IMG/VR virus record: IMGVR_UViG_2740892274_000012 | Direction: 5' to 3' (one strand) | DNA from: a virus | Taxonomy: Duplodnaviria; Heunggongvirae; Uroviricota; Caudoviricetes | Length of the DNA stretch: 43,496 nucleotides | Shown here: positions 1 to 11,289 of the stretch, one piece after another | How positions within the stretch are numbered: the first letter of the stretch is position 1 | Layout of the letters: every line of letters starts with the position of its first letter | Position numbers and translations under genes: made by a program | The notes under the pieces: model-generated | The model's input: the letters and a program-made list of their open reading frames with translations, nothing else | Told to the model about the DNA's origin: nothing | The model's database searches: none

Positions 1-2922
1 TTTGCGAACTTCAAAACCATAACCCGTGTATCGCGTGCCTCCCGGGTTATTTCCGCTCCCCGGATCGTCATACGCTATACCGTTAAAAATAATGGGCGGA
101 ATAATAATCTGGCGGTCAAAGTTATGATCATCGCTGATGGTGACTGTAACCGTACCGTCTGGTGTTTCCGTGTTACCCCACGTACCGACTTTTTTCGGGA
201 AGGCTTTTGATACAGCTTTAACGAAATCCCCTCTGACCTGGGTCGCCTCCAGCATGCCCTTAATCGTACAGTTCTGGTTAATCGTGACATTGTTGAGCGT
301 TCCTGAGTTCGCATTCACACTACCACTGATATCCGCATTTTTAGCGGTCAGCTTTCCGTCTGATGTCAGGGAAAATACCGGAGGACTGCCACCGCTGGTA
401 ATGGCGGGGGCTGTCAGGCGCTTCAGGAACACGTCGTTCATGAATATCTGGTTGCCCTGCGCCACAAACATCGGCGTTTCATTCCCGTTTGCCGGGTCAA
501 TAAACGCGATACGATTGGCGGCAACCAGAAACTGGCTCAGCTTGCCTTCCTCCGTGTCCTCCATGCTGAGGCCAATACCCGCGACATAATGTTTGCCGTC
601 TTTGGTCTGCTCAATTTTGACGCCCCACATCGCATTCCATTTATCGTTAGCGTCCTTCCACTCTTTCGAAAACTCATCCAGTCTGCTGGCGTTATCCTCC
701 GTCAGATCAACTTTTTCCAGCAGCTCTTTACCGAGATGGGATTCGGTTATCTTGCCTTTGAAAAAATCCAGGTAACCTTCCGCATCATCGCTCGCCCGAC
801 CGACGGCCTCCACGAATGCCGATTTGCCAACGGTGTTCACACTGCGGATATAAAAGTAATAATCATGGCCCGGTTTGATATTGATACTGGCGGCTATCCA
901 GTACAGCCCCGCGCCAAGGTAGCGGGCTGTGGTTTCAACCTGCCTGATATCGGTAATCCGCGTTTCCGAGAACCAGAACTCAAACTGTACCGTCGGATCA
1001 TAAACCGCAAGATGCGGCGTGGCAGTTATCTGAAAATAGCCCGGCGTCAGCTCAATCCGCGACGGTGCTACCGGTGCGGCAATCCTGAACGATACCGACG
1101 CCGGATCGCCCTGCTGTCCCCAGGCATTTACCGCCCGGACTGTCAGCGTGTACCGTCCCAGCGCCAGTTGCGTGAAGCGGTATGTGGTTTCCGTCGTCCG
1201 GGCCGTGCTGACCAGCCGCTCACTGCCGTCATCCGCTGCCACGGTCAGGCGAAGCATAAAGCTCACCCCCTTCGGAACACGGCTCACTTTCACCTTCACG
1301 CCGTCGGTGACGGACTGAACCTCCACGCTGACCGGATTGCCACTTCCGTCAACCAGGCTTATCAGCATGGTACCGGAGGATGGCAGCGTGATTTCACGGT
1401 CGAGCGTCAGCGTCCGGGTCTGGCTGTTTACCGCCAGCACGCGCCCGCCGATGCTGATACCCGCATAGTCATCATCACAGATTTCAATGACATCGCCCGG
1501 CACATGGCGAAGCCCTTCTGCGCCCACGCTGAAGTCCACGGTCTGCGTTTCCAGCAGTTCTGTTTTAATCAGCCACAGCCCGGCGCGGTGTGCCTGCCCC
1601 CGGCTGGTACAGCCAAAAGCATCCATCTTCGTGACGTTACGACCGTAACGGGCAATGGCCTGCGTATCCTCCACAAGCTCTGTCGCCGTCTCCCAGCCGT
1701 TATCCGGGTCAATCCAGTTCACCTCAACGGCATTATGGCGGTCTTTCAGGGCGCTGAAGCTGTAGCGGAACGGCGCGCCATCATCCGGCATCACCACATT
1801 ACTGCGGTTATAGGTCCACACCTTATCCGACGGTCGGTCCTGCACGAACGTCAGCGTCTGCCCGTTCCATACCGGCATACAGCGCATCGCCGAGCAGAAA
1901 TCACTGAGCACATCCCACGCCTTGCGCTGTGTGGTCAGGTACGCATTACAGGTGATGCGCGGCTCCGTGCCGCCAAAGCCGTCCGGCACTGACTGGTCGC
2001 AGTACTGGCCGATGACATACAGCGCCCATTTGTCCACATCCGCCGCACCAAGACGTTTCCCCATGCCGTAGCGCGGGTGGGTCAGCATATCCCACAGACA
2101 CCAGGCCATGTTGTTGCTGTATGCTGGTTTTAACGTTCCGTCCCAGATACCGCTGTATTGTCGCGTCTGCGGGTTATAGTTCGACGGCACCTGCAGAATG
2201 CGCCCGCGAAGATGATAATTACGACTCACCTGCTGGCTGCCGAACTGCTCCGAGTCCACCTGTACGCCGACCAGTGCAGTGTTCGGGTAGCACTGTTTCA
2301 CATCGATGATTTCGGTGTATGACGACCAGAGCGTTTTGTTCTGCAGCTGGTCTGTGGTGCTGTCCGGTGTCATCCTGCGCATCCGGATACTGAACGGGCG
2401 CGGAGGCAGGTTATCCACCACCACCGAGACCAGATACTGCGAGGTGGTTTTGCCCTTAATGGTGATGTCTTTTTCCGTCACCCAGCCACCGTTACGCTGT
2501 ATCTGAACCAGCAGGCGGACTTCCGACGGATTCCTGTCTCCCTTTGAGGTGGTTTCCACCAGTGCCTGTACACCGAAGGTAAAGCGCAGACGGTCGATGT
2601 TTGCCGACGTGATGGTCCGGGTGATCGGCGTGTCATATTTCACTTCCGTACCCAGCACCGTCTCGGAGCCGGAGGATTCAAATCCCTCCGGCGGTGACTG
2701 CTCCTGCTCACCTGCCCGGAACACCACCGTGACGCCGGAGATGTTGGTATTCCCCTCACTGTCCAGCACCGGCGTACTGTTCAGCAGCACGCTTTTTAAT
2801 CCATCCACCGGACCTTCAACCGGCCCTTCGCTGATGGCATCGATCACACTCAGCAGCTGCGTGGACTTCAGGTTGTCCTTCGCTTCGCGCGGGGTATGCC
2901 CCTTACTGCTGCCTTTACCCAT
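1..2922 (-). CDS. J: Tail tip / host specificity protein J, lambda-like; C-terminal end cut by window edge
   Basis: Reverse-strand translation from ATG at 2922 gives [19 protein letters not shown]... and continues collinear with lambda J as recalled; frame open to position 1. The 467-aa plus-strand ORF 589..1992 is its antisense shadow. Confidence 0.9.
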   Translation of the reverse strand, partial: MGKGSSKGHTPREAKDNLKSTQLLSVIDAISEGPVEGPVDGLKSVLLNSTPVLDSEGNTNISGVTVVFRAGEQEQSPPEGFESSGSETVLGTEVKYDTPITRTITSANIDRLRFTFGVQALVETTSKGDRNPSEVRLLVQIQRNGGWVTEKDITIKGKTTSQYLVSVVVDNLPPRPFSIRMRRMTPDSTTDQLQNKTLWSSYTEIIDVKQCYPNTALVGVQVDSEQFGSQQVSRNYHLRGRILQVPSNYNPQTRQYSGIWDGTLKPAYSNNMAWCLWDMLTHPRYGMGKRLGAADVDKWALYVIGQYCDQSVPDGFGGTEPRITCNAYLTTQRKAWDVLSDFCSAMRCMPVWNGQTLTFVQDRPSDKVWTYNRSNVVMPDDGAPFRYSFSALKDRHNAVEVNWIDPDNGWETATELVEDTQAIARYGRNVTKMDAFGCTSRGQAHRAGLWLIKTELLETQTVDFSVGAEGLRHVPGDVIEICDDDYAGISIGGRVLAVNSQTRTLTLDREITLPSSGTMLISLVDGSGNPVSVEVQSVTDGVKVKVSRVPKGVSFMLRLTVAADDGSERLVSTARTTETTYRFTQLALGRYTLTVRAVNAWGQQGDPASVSFRIAAPVAPSRIELTPGYFQITATPHLAVYDPTVQFEFWFSETRITDIRQVETTARYLGAGLYWIAASINIKPGHDYYFYIRSVNTVGKSAFVEAVGRASDDAEGYLDFFKGKITESHLGKELLEKVDLTEDNASRLDEFSKEWKDANDKWNAMWGVKIEQTKDGKHYVAGIGLSMEDTEEGKLSQFLVAANRIAFIDPANGNETPMFVAQGNQIFMNDVFLKRLTAPAITSGGSPPVFSLTSDGKLTAKNADISGSVNANSGTLNNVTINQNCTIKGMLEATQVRGDFVKAVSKAFPKKVGTWGNTETPDGTVTVTISDDHNFDRQIIIPPIIFNGIAYDDPGSGNNPGGTRYTGYGFEVRK

Positions 2923-2982
2923 TCCTCACGCTCCATAAACGACAAAACCGCCCGCAGGCGGTTTCTCATAAAACATTTTGCA

Positions 2983-3630
2983 TCAGCGACCAATCACCAC
3001 AACCTGACCACCATCCCCTTCGTCTGCCGTGCTGATCTCCTGAGAAACCACACGTGACCCCACGCGCATTTCCCCGTACAGAACAGGCAGAACATTACCC
3101 TGGGCAACCATGTTATCCAGTGACGAGAAATACGTGTTCTGTTTGCCGTTATCTGTACTGGCTGCCGTGGGCGTCCTGGCTTTCGGTGCCAGCATCTGCG
3201 CCACACCACCCAGGATCATACTGGCCCCTGCTGCATACATACCCGATACAGCCGCGGCCCCCAGCCAGCCCACAGGGTTCCACCATGCCACCGCAATCAG
3301 CGCCGCACCCAGCACCGCCTGAAACACACCGCCACTTTTGGCACCCGCCAGACGCGGAACGATGTGGATCACGGCACCATTTGCCAGCGGTTCATTAAGA
3401 CGGGCAGATAATTCATTTTCGCCTGCATCACGCCCGGCAATGCGCACCTGATACCAGCCGTCGCTCAGTTTCTGACGAAATGCCGGGAGCTGTGTGGCCA
3501 GTGCCCGGATGGCTTCGGCCCCCGTTTTCACACGAAGGTCGATGCGGCGGCCAAATCGCTGCAAATCCCCGTAAAGGCAGATGCGTGCCATGCCCGGTGA
3601 CGCCAGAGGGAGTGTGTGCGTCGCTGCCAT
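2983..3630 (-). CDS. I: Tail assembly protein I (lambda-like)
   Basis: 215-aa ORF directly upstream of J with a hydrophobic Gly/Ala-rich C-terminus like lambda I; its start overlaps the 3' end of K as in lambda. Confidence 0.8.
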   Translation of the reverse strand: MAATHTLPLASPGMARICLYGDLQRFGRRIDLRVKTGAEAIRALATQLPAFRQKLSDGWYQVRIAGRDAGENELSARLNEPLANGAVIHIVPRLAGAKSGGVFQAVLGAALIAVAWWNPVGWLGAAAVSGMYAAGASMILGGVAQMLAPKARTPTAASTDNGKQNTYFSSLDNMVAQGNVLPVLYGEMRVGSRVVSQEISTADEGDGGQVVVIGR

Positions 3631-4211
3631 TTGTCGGTGTACCTCTCTCGTTTACTCAGTTGTTCAGGAATATGGTGCAGCAGCTCGCCGTCACCACAGT
3701 AAATGGCGGCATGATTCGGCACCGATGAACCAAAACAGCACAGCAGCACATCGCCCGGCTGCGCCGTTGACAACGGCACCTGATACAGCCCTGTAGCCTC
3801 CAGATTATCCAGATAGAGATTCTGACCATTACGCCACCAGTCGTCCTCACGATGAAAATCTGGCATCTCAATTCCCGCCAGATGGTAAGCGTCCCGGAAC
3901 AGCGTGTAACAGTCCGTCACCCCGTGCTCAAAGCGCCGCCCGGTGAGATGCGGCACACAGCGGAACTTGTGAATCGCCCCGCGGCAGACCAGCCACCACG
4001 ACAAATCACTCTGCACCTGCAGCCGCCGGTCGGCCTCACTCAGCCAGGGCAGACCACCGGGGTGGCTGTGGACCAGCGCCACAATCTCACCCTGCATCTC
4101 TGCCTGCAGCCAGTCCTCCGGAGCCATCCGGAAATACTCCTCCGGCTCACCGGAAATATTCACGCAGGGAAAATATCTTTCCCCCTCCGGTGTTCTCACC
4201 ACGAAGCCGCA
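3528..4211 (-). CDS. K: Tail assembly protein K (JAB/MPN-type HSHP motif plus NlpC/P60-like C-terminus); 5' end lost in the N gap
   Basis: Translation contains ...EIVALVHSHPGGLPWLSEADR... and ...GVTDCYTLFRDAYH...; the ORF runs into the N run at 4212. Confidence 0.8.
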   Translation of the reverse strand, partial: CGFVVRTPEGERYFPCVNISGEPEEYFRMAPEDWLQAEMQGEIVALVHSHPGGLPWLSEADRRLQVQSDLSWWLVCRGAIHKFRCVPHLTGRRFEHGVTDCYTLFRDAYHLAGIEMPDFHREDDWWRNGQNLYLDNLEATGLYQVPLSTAQPGDVLLCCFGSSVPNHAAIYCGDGELLHHIPEQLSKRERYTDKWQRRTHSLWRHRAWHASAFTGICSDLAAASTFV

Positions 4212-4461
4212 NNNNNNNNNNNNNNNNNNNNNNNNNNNNNNNNNNNNNNNNNNNNNNNNNNNNNNNNNNNNNNNNNNNNNNNNNNNNNNNNNNNNNNNNN
4301 NNNNNNNNNNNNNNNNNNNNNNNNNNNNNNNNNNNNNNNNNNNNNNNNNNNNNNNNNNNNNNNNNNNNNNNNNNNNNNNNNNNNNNNNNNNNNNNNNNNN
4401 NNNNNNNNNNNNNNNNNNNNNNNNNNNNNNNNNNNNNNNNNNNNNNNNNNNNNNNNNNNNN
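4212..4461. other. Assembly gap (250 N)
   Basis: Uninterrupted run of n characters. Confidence 0.99.
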
Positions 4462-4983
4462 GGTGCAGGTATTAGCAAGCATGATGCGCCCCGGAAAAAC
4501 AGCGCCGTCCGTTTCCGTCGGCGTGGACAGTACAAAGGAGGCACTGACCGCGCTCAGTTCGCTGCACTGCTCAATACGCCAGCGGCTGATCACCTCCTGC
4601 TCCGGATCGGCGTCACTGTTTCCGTTGACGAAGTTCACCGCATCCAGAAAACGGGCGTAAACCTTACGCCTGACCACCGTTCCGCCGACCAGACTCTGCA
4701 GGTCTTCCGCCATCCCGGTGACCATGCCGTGCAGATTAGAGACTTTCAGCGTTGGCCTTGCACTGGCACCTTTGCCGTTCATCTCAAATCCACTCCCCTG
4801 AATGGGATAGGCCTGATACTGCCGACTCTGCCAGGTGACAGACTCTCCTTTCTCGTTCTGCTCATTGCAGAAAAAGTAGCGATCCCCGCCTACCTCGGTC
4901 AGGTCGATTTCCCAGAGCACCACGCTGGCCGACTGCTCCGCACGAATGCATTCATTCAGCGTTTCCTGTTGTATGTCCTGCAT
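4462..4983 (-). CDS. L: Minor tail protein L (lambda-like); 3' end lost in the N gap
   Basis: N-terminus MQDIQQETLNECIRAEQSASVVLWEIDLTEVGGDRYFFCNEQNEKGESVTWQ... from ATG at 4983; frame runs into the N run. Confidence 0.8.
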
Positions 4984-5279
4984 CAGATCACCACTTCGTC
5001 AAACTGACACGAAAAATCGGTATAGGTGATATGTTCTGTCGCTGACCACGTTCGACACACCACTCTGATTTTTCTGTTAATACCCGGCGGGCGCCAAAAA
5101 AAAGATTTATAGCCTTCATGCCGGGCTAAAAATTTTTCAAATGAATCACGTTCATTCGCCTCAACTTTGAAATCACAGGTGAAAACGCGCAGAGAATGAT
5201 TAAGTCCATTTGGACTTCGTTGCTCATAACCATCACCAAATCTTACAGTTTTTATCGATGGTTTATTTTCTGTTTTCAT
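4983..5279 (-). CDS. Minor tail protein M-like (divergent from lambda M)
   Basis: 98 codons from the internal ATG (MKTENKPSIKTVRFGDGYEQ...) preceded by GAGGA; stop overlaps the L start. Shares the VRFGDGY core with lambda M but diverges elsewhere. The ORF track extends it 14 codons upstream. Confidence 0.65.
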   Translation of the reverse strand: MKTENKPSIKTVRFGDGYEQRSPNGLNHSLRVFTCDFKVEANERDSFEKFLARHEGYKSFFWRPPGINRKIRVVCRTWSATEHITYTDFSCQFDEVVI

Positions 5280-5313
5280 TCCATCCTCTGGTAACCAGTG
5301 AAATTCTTCCGTA

Positions 5314-8300
5314 TTAGCCACTTAACATTCCCCCATCACGTCGCATATTTAACAGATTGCCCTGCACCCGCTGATCAACCATCCCCATAAGTGCTTTTAT
5401 TGCCTGAGGGCCAATCTCTCCATTCTGGCCGTCATTTTGAATAGTGATTTGGTATACAGGGGCATAGGTAATATCTCCGCCTCCATTACCACTTTTACTA
5501 TTAATAGCTCTGACACCAAGAGAACCATCGGAAGTTCGTGTTAATGGCATAATGGCTTCCGGTCCAGCCTCACCAAAAACACCAGCCCCTTTTGCAAAAG
5601 CAAAAAATTGCGGGGAATCATAAATACCGTTCGAATACGTGCTCAATGACGGAGACTCATAAACACCGCCCTTTGCATTCGGAATAAATTTACTAATAGC
5701 ACTCCCGATAGTTCCTAAAATCCCCCCAGAAGAACTGTTACTAATGCTGTCGAAAATCCCAGTAATTGAAGCCTTTAATGCTATTCGACTAAGATCCGAA
5801 ATCACGGAAGTAGCGAAAGAACGAAAATTTGCCTTGCCTGTCGTGACAAAATCACCCAGCGCATCGGTCATCCCATCAAACATCTGAGTCGTGGTTGATT
5901 TTATCTGCTCACTGATATCCTTAGTGTCATCCAGCCAGTTATTGAATCCCTGGGAGGCACCACTAACCCAGTCTCCTGCCTGAATATCGAGCTGCTCGTT
6001 TTTCTGTCTGACAATTTCTTTTTCCCGTTCCAGAGCATCATTCAGAGCCTGCATTTTCTCTTGAAAAACATGATCTGACATTCCACGGGATTTATCTGCA
6101 TAGTCACGTTCAAGTTGCAGACGCTGATTGTTATATCCATGTTCAATCCGCAGTAATTCCTGCTGGCGTTGCTGATTTTTATCGCCAACCCCATAACCAG
6201 CAATCTGAATATCATACCCCTGCTGACGATTATCAATCGAAGCCTGCAATGAATCACGCCATGCTGTTATTTCGGCGGATTCCTTGATTAGCCTGTTATT
6301 TTTTTCAATCGCAACATTTTTCTCCATCAACGTGGTTATTTCTTCCCGGTGTAAGAGAAGCGATTTCTGATCCTGGGTTAATTTCGATGATGGTCGTGAC
6401 TCTAGGTCGGCAATCCGCTGACGCCACTTAACCAGTTCCTGTTCAGAGGAACTTAATTTAACGGTCAACTCAGCTTGTGAACTTAGTAACGCATTCTGTT
6501 GATTCAGATGATCAATCATTCGTTGGGCTGCATCATCAGAATAACCTTTCGCCTTTGGTTGCTTTGGATCTTTATAACGCTCATTTATTTGAGCGATAAG
6601 ATTATTATATTCTTCCTTTGAATACTGATTCTTTAGCTTTTCCAGTTTTGCAAGTTCACTAGCTCTCTGCTGCTCCCGGGTCTGATATTGTTTTGAAAAG
6701 GCATCTGCTCTCTGTCTGAGTTCAATTCCTTCCTGTTGTCGCTTGTTGTAATCGTTTATTGATGAATTTAGTACGTCCTGAGCAATTTTTTCTGCTTGAA
6801 GTACGCCCAATTGCTGCTTTAATCGTGCCAGCCTTTTATTTTGAGCTCCGCCATCTCCAATGCCACCTAACCCGAAAACTCCGGGTCGGGTATTTTTTTC
6901 TATTTCATCAATTTGACGGAGAACATCTGAGATTTTTTGATCAAGGGAGGCCTCACGGCCAATATCCAGCATGGAATCCCATGCCCATTTTGCGGAGTCT
7001 GCGACAGCTTTCCATGCAGTCTCAAGATAACCAAGATTTTCTTTAATCTGGTTGGTGCGCTGGATCATTGAGGATGAGTATTCTTCTGTCGCAATGCGGG
7101 CGGCCTCCTGCTGGTTCCCTTCATCCTGTAGCGCCTTAATCTGGTTATAAGTCGCAAGTGTCAGAAAATGGTACTGATCATTAAGTTTTGATATGGCACT
7201 GACAGGATCCTTTGCAATTTCATTGAAGTCATTAACCAGTTGTTCGGTTGATATTCCTGTTACTTCGCTCGTTTTTACTATCGCTGTCGTCACTTGCTCC
7301 AGCGAACTGCTCGCTACCTTTCCCGAACGCACAAGCTGATTTAATACTGCCGCCGCAGCACCAGTTGTCGAATCAGCCGCATTCCCGGCACGTTGAGCTA
7401 TATCGCCCAATTGCCCGCTGGTTGTCCCCAACTGATTTCCGGTAAGAATAAGAGATTTATTAAATTCGTCCTGCTCCTGAGAGCCTTTATAGTAAGCCAG
7501 TCCTAAGACCCCAACGGCTGCTGCGGCCAGGGTAAAAGGATTAATTAATCCCAGCACATAAGAACCTACACCTTTGATCGCCGGGCCAATCCCACCGAAC
7601 ATATCTTTTAGCTGGCCGCCCTGCTGCATTAACACCATAAATGGCGACTGACCAGTGGACAACCCAACAACAATATCCGTCATTTGTACAGGCAACATGC
7701 GCATAGCAAAAGCCGTTTGTTTTGCCGACATTCCGGTTTTGCTTAATTGTGATTGAGTAACCTCAAGCTCACTCCGCATAGCACGAAGTTTTCCAGAAAG
7801 CTCCTCATACATTTCAGGAGAAAGCATCCCCTTAGCTTTTGCTTCATTGAGCTGTTTCTGTTGTTCTACCAGACGATTAAAAGCAGTTCCGACAGGATCA
7901 AGTTGAGCAATCAGACGTTGCAAAGCAACAACCTGTTCATCATGCGCTTTTGCTGCTTCTCGCTCTGCCTGAGCCTCTCCGGTAAGCTCTCGCCGTGTTT
8001 CCTGTATTTTTCGGCTATAATTCTCAAACTGAGAACCATTTATTTTCCCGGATGCAAACGCAGCATTAAGTTCATCATGCTGTTGTTCAAGATTTCTTAG
8101 CGCCGCAGCCAGAGGGTCGATCTTGTCCAGCATTCTTTGAAAGGCCTGAGCCTGCGCTTCCTGCTGGGCGGCAGCAAGTTTTCCGGCCTTCTCGGCTTCT
8201 CTCTGCGCTTGCGCAACCCCGCTCAATTCCTCTGTGGTTTCATTAAGTTTACGGACAAGAAATTCATATTCTTCTTTATCAATAAGCCCTTTATCGAAAA

Positions 8301-8547
8301 ATTTCTTTAATTCAGAATAGCGTCGACCGACAGTATCAATTGCGGCACCAACTGGATCAATAGCTGCTTTTAATTTTGCGAGCGCGTTCTTCTCATCTTC
8401 TGTTGCCTTAGTCACTTTCCCTGCGCTATTTGCAGCAGTTTCCCCAGCCTGCGTCATTTTGACTAATGAGGAGGTCAGATTGTCAGCATTATTTTTCGCT
8501 CCAGTGCTATCAATAATTATTGCGAGACGCGAGGTTTGCTCTGCCAT
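5314..8547 (-). CDS. Tail tape measure protein (1077 aa)
   Basis: Very long ORF between the G/T chaperone pair and M; long coiled-coil-like Q/E/K/A-rich stretches and a central hydrophobic glycine-rich segment; AGGAG 10 nt upstream of the ATG. Confidence 0.85.
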   Translation of the reverse strand: MAEQTSRLAIIIDSTGAKNNADNLTSSLVKMTQAGETAANSAGKVTKATEDEKNALAKLKAAIDPVGAAIDTVGRRYSELKKFFDKGLIDKEEYEFLVRKLNETTEELSGVAQAQREAEKAGKLAAAQQEAQAQAFQRMLDKIDPLAAALRNLEQQHDELNAAFASGKINGSQFENYSRKIQETRRELTGEAQAEREAAKAHDEQVVALQRLIAQLDPVGTAFNRLVEQQKQLNEAKAKGMLSPEMYEELSGKLRAMRSELEVTQSQLSKTGMSAKQTAFAMRMLPVQMTDIVVGLSTGQSPFMVLMQQGGQLKDMFGGIGPAIKGVGSYVLGLINPFTLAAAAVGVLGLAYYKGSQEQDEFNKSLILTGNQLGTTSGQLGDIAQRAGNAADSTTGAAAAVLNQLVRSGKVASSSLEQVTTAIVKTSEVTGISTEQLVNDFNEIAKDPVSAISKLNDQYHFLTLATYNQIKALQDEGNQQEAARIATEEYSSSMIQRTNQIKENLGYLETAWKAVADSAKWAWDSMLDIGREASLDQKISDVLRQIDEIEKNTRPGVFGLGGIGDGGAQNKRLARLKQQLGVLQAEKIAQDVLNSSINDYNKRQQEGIELRQRADAFSKQYQTREQQRASELAKLEKLKNQYSKEEYNNLIAQINERYKDPKQPKAKGYSDDAAQRMIDHLNQQNALLSSQAELTVKLSSSEQELVKWRQRIADLESRPSSKLTQDQKSLLLHREEITTLMEKNVAIEKNNRLIKESAEITAWRDSLQASIDNRQQGYDIQIAGYGVGDKNQQRQQELLRIEHGYNNQRLQLERDYADKSRGMSDHVFQEKMQALNDALEREKEIVRQKNEQLDIQAGDWVSGASQGFNNWLDDTKDISEQIKSTTTQMFDGMTDALGDFVTTGKANFRSFATSVISDLSRIALKASITGIFDSISNSSSGGILGTIGSAISKFIPNAKGGVYESPSLSTYSNGIYDSPQFFAFAKGAGVFGEAGPEAIMPLTRTSDGSLGVRAINSKSGNGGGDITYAPVYQITIQNDGQNGEIGPQAIKALMGMVDQRVQGNLLNMRRDGGMLSG

Positions 8548-8560
8548 TTATTAAAACTCC

Positions 8561-8592
8561 TGACAACAAAAAACCCACCGCGAAGTGGGTTT
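8561..8592 (-). terminator. Intrinsic terminator-like hairpin (minus strand) between the T frame and the tape measure gene
   Basis: Minus-strand RNA AAACCCAC-UUCGCG-GUGGGUUU followed by UUUUUGUUGU. Confidence 0.45.
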
Positions 8593-8712
8593 CAGGCGAC
8601 ATAATAGTAGATATAGCGATTACGAGGCCACGCAATGCTTTTCTCCAGGAGCATCATCGATTTAATTAAAGACACCATCACATCTCTGTAACAGAGTGTA
8701 CGTAATTAACAA

Positions 8713-9033
8713 CTACACACACTGCTCCTGAAAATACTGGTCATCCAGTGCAAAGATCACTGCTTCAAATTCATCGCGCTCAATCAATACCGGATGAGTG
8801 GCTAAATATTCATTTATCTCTGTCAGAGATAAAGGCAAAGGCACCCCAGCCATTCCAGCATAACGTCGGGCACGGGATATTACCGAATAGGCGTACAACA
8901 ACTCCTTAAGCACCGGGTCTATTTCTGGTTCCGGTATCGGTGGCAACCTGAGTTTTTCTCGCTTCCATCTTGCCTTTTCCCCCCTTTCTCCCCCGAACTC
9001 CGATAACCACCGCTGGGCAGCTATGGCTTTTTT
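8713..9033 (-). CDS. T-frame extension of the tail assembly chaperone (G-T fusion product made by -1 frameshift)
   Basis: The -1 frame relative to G is open from the slippery site at 9027-9033 to a stop at 8713. There is no convincing independent start with an SD (the track's first codon appears to be TTG). Confidence 0.6.
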   Translation of the reverse strand, partial: KKAIAAQRWLSEFGGERGEKARWKREKLRLPPIPEPEIDPVLKELLYAYSVISRARRYAGMAGVPLPLSLTEINEYLATHPVLIERDEFEAVIFALDDQYFQEQCV

Positions 9034-9482
9034 ATCGTATCCTGCTTCTGCTGCTCTTTACCCTGGGCGATGCTGGCTGCTTCTGCAAGGATCTGCCAGT
9101 ACAACTCTGGATTCTGCTTAAGCAGCGCGATCCCTCGTTCTGCCGTATATTCCAGTGCAACCTCAACACCATTAACCAGTTCACCAACCCCTTTCCAGTC
9201 TTTCAGCAGATAACGAGCGGCATTATCAATGAGTAAATCATCAACAGAATCCACCTCGGAAACCTTTGAAATATCAAACTCCTTCGTTCCGACGTGCAAA
9301 CTGGCATCCATTTTCTCAATGTGGCGACGGATTAATGCATTACGGGAGCGATACTGATCGTTATCGCTGCTTGCCACCAACAGTTTTAACCCGTCTACAG
9401 GTTTTAAGTCCTTCATTGGCGTAAACCAGCGTTCTCCACCAATGATAATTTTCTGATTAAGAATAAACATCCATAACCTCAT
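9021..9482 (-). CDS. Tail assembly chaperone (lambda G equivalent)
   Basis: 153-aa acidic ORF between the major tail protein and tape measure genes, ending just after the slippery site. Confidence 0.7.
   Translation of the reverse strand: MRLWMFILNQKIIIGGERWFTPMKDLKPVDGLKLLVASSDNDQYRSRNALIRRHIEKMDASLHVGTKEFDISKVSEVDSVDDLLIDNAARYLLKDWKGVGELVNGVEVALEYTAERGIALLKQNPELYWQILAEAASIAQGKEQQKQDTIKKP
9027..9033 (-). promoter_or_regulatory. Programmed -1 ribosomal frameshift slippery heptamer A_AAA_AAG
   Basis: Minus-strand ...GAT ACG ATA AAA AAG CCA TAG; the heptamer sits two codons before the G stop and a -1 slip enters the open T frame. Confidence 0.6.
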
Positions 9483-9530
9483 TCAATGCGTCCCCCTGTA
9501 GGGCAGTACCACAGGAGGAATAACGGAAAA

Positions 9531-10493
9531 TCAACTAATCGCCTCAGCACTGGCTTTTGCGATCACGGCAGCCGGGGAATTTTTTTTTCTGGTTATCGTA
9601 GGTGCTTCATCTGCTGCGGTAATGCTCAATTGAACCTGGATAATGTCGCTATTACCCCCATCAGGCCATTCACCTGACACCTGAACCTTCGGGAAACTGA
9701 AAGTGTATGCCCCCTCTCCATTCGAAAGCGTGAAGCTGAACGGAACTGTTTCTCCAGTCAGTGTTTTACTCCAGATTTCCCACGCGGCTTTAGACCATGA
9801 AAGCGTCACCGTACCGGACGGTGTAAAAGTAGTCGGAATATTTGCTCCTGCATAAGGCGAGCCAGTCCCGATACAACGCTGTGTCTGGAGTTTGTTATCG
9901 AACTGAATATCAAAACTGTCGATACAAAAACCGTTACCTCCGGCAACACCATTCAGGCTTACTGCTGAAACCTCCTTAAACGAATAACGTAGCTTTCCTG
10001 CACTATCCACAGGTTCGCCTTTGATAAAATTCGTATCATCGGCCTTTGATTCCCAGTCCAGTCCGGCAAAGGTTACGGTCGCTGTAATATCGCCGTCGTT
10101 AGGGATCTGCATTTTCCATGAGCCAACCTGCGCTCCTCTGACGACAGAGGCAATTCCGACATCGGACGCATAGGTCGCCAGAGAAAATGTTATTCGCTCA
10201 TTCCCCATTGTCAGAGAATCGCCTGACCATTCCGCGCCGAAACAGGATGCAAGAAAATCATCATGTTGACCCCAGCGAAATTTGGTACCAACATCACCGC
10301 CGACATCCACAGTGCCAGGCGTCGCCCCCTGAGCCATCCGGGAGCCACCAATCTCATTATTTTCGCCTTTATTCTGGGTGGGTTTTACTCCCCAGCTTGT
10401 GCGTTTTAATAAACTCCAGTCACCACTTGCTGGCGTAGTGCCTGCAACCGTCTCCCGGATAAATGCCGAGATAACCTTTGCACCTGAACTCAC
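9531..10493 (-). CDS. Major tail (tube) protein
   Basis: 320-aa ORF immediately upstream of the chaperone pair; AGGAGG 5 nt upstream of the start (which appears to be GTG). Not lambda V-like in sequence; assigned by position and size. Confidence 0.6.
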   Translation of the reverse strand: MSSGAKVISAFIRETVAGTTPASGDWSLLKRTSWGVKPTQNKGENNEIGGSRMAQGATPGTVDVGGDVGTKFRWGQHDDFLASCFGAEWSGDSLTMGNERITFSLATYASDVGIASVVRGAQVGSWKMQIPNDGDITATVTFAGLDWESKADDTNFIKGEPVDSAGKLRYSFKEVSAVSLNGVAGGNGFCIDSFDIQFDNKLQTQRCIGTGSPYAGANIPTTFTPSGTVTLSWSKAAWEIWSKTLTGETVPFSFTLSNGEGAYTFSFPKVQVSGEWPDGGNSDIIQVQLSITAADEAPTITRKKNSPAAVIAKASAEAIS

Positions 10494-10519
10494 AGGAGCC
10501 TCCTATGTCATTAATTGCG

Positions 10520-10912
10520 CTAGAGCGCGCGATATGGAATTTGAAGATTAAGCTGGAACCAGCCATTCTTTTCGCCAACGGCTATTGAGGAAACAGCCTG
10601 GTAACTGAGACGATCGTCATCCTGAAACTCAAACAGTTCCCGCAATTTATCGGCTGTCTCAGTAATGAGTTTTGAACCAGAACCTGCGGGGACAAATAAC
10701 TGAATAATGATTATCCCCGTGCGATAAACAACCGGCCCCGCGCCAATTTCATTAACTCCAGCCTGCCCGGGAATATTACTTAACCGCGCCCAGATTAACT
10801 TACCGGAAGGATCGAACGTTGGCCCGTTCGGATACAATACGTCTTTTCCATCAATAATCGTCTGTGCCGTCATTCTGGAAATAACCGTATTTCTGATTTC
10901 AGTAAACTTCAT
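10520..10912 (-). CDS. Tail terminator / completion protein (lambda U position)
   Basis: 130-aa ORF immediately upstream of the major tail protein gene; assignment is positional. Confidence 0.45.
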   Translation of the reverse strand: MKFTEIRNTVISRMTAQTIIDGKDVLYPNGPTFDPSGKLIWARLSNIPGQAGVNEIGAGPVVYRTGIIIIQLFVPAGSGSKLITETADKLRELFEFQDDDRLSYQAVSSIAVGEKNGWFQLNLQIPYRAL

Positions 10913-11289
10913 TTGTAAGCCTGTAAAACACCATGAAAAGCGTTGGCATACACGCCAGTTGGCGCTTGTTGTGAATGACCGTTTTCAAGAGCCTCTGCAT
11001 AAGGAAGGTTATTCTGGATATAAATAACCCCGTAATTTGCAGCTTTCGAAATAACCCCGATCCCACGCTGAACAGCAATCGTACCGTTCGGATCCACGTT
11101 ATCAGATATACCAAAATCGGGATGCTGTAACGACACCAGGTTGTTATTTCTGAAACGTCCGGTATCAACCGGAGCAGCAATATCAATAGCAGTAAGAATC
11201 TGCATAGCGATGTAGCGAATCTTCAGCCCTACATCTTCCTCAATCATCCCGGCAAATATTGACGGTTCTATATCCCATGCCTTTGCCAT
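10909..11289 (-). CDS. Tail completion / neck protein, HK97 gp10-like
   Basis: 126-aa ORF containing ...APVDTGRFRNNN..., a motif I associate with the HK97 gp10 family; stop overlaps the next start. Confidence 0.5.
   Translation of the reverse strand: MAKAWDIEPSIFAGMIEEDVGLKIRYIAMQILTAIDIAAPVDTGRFRNNNLVSLQHPDFGISDNVDPNGTIAVQRGIGVISKAANYGVIYIQNNLPYAEALENGHSQQAPTGVYANAFHGVLQAYK

Noticed and set aside
589-1992. 467-aa plus-strand ORF (and neighbouring plus-strand ORFs 137..589 and 2549..2938)
   Set aside because: They lie antisense to the J reading frame, which translates to a recognisable host specificity protein; long antisense ORFs are expected in a GC-rich gene with biased codon usage.
2940-2970. 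Hairpin AAACCGCC-CGCA-GGCGGTTT in the short I-J spacer
   Set aside because: Lies inside a translationally coupled tail operon with only a weak U-tract; more likely a structural or RNA-stability element than a terminator, and I could not support a specific function.
3852-4660. ORFs of 207 and 156 aa spanning the N run
   Set aside because: Their length comes from translating N as X across the assembly gap.
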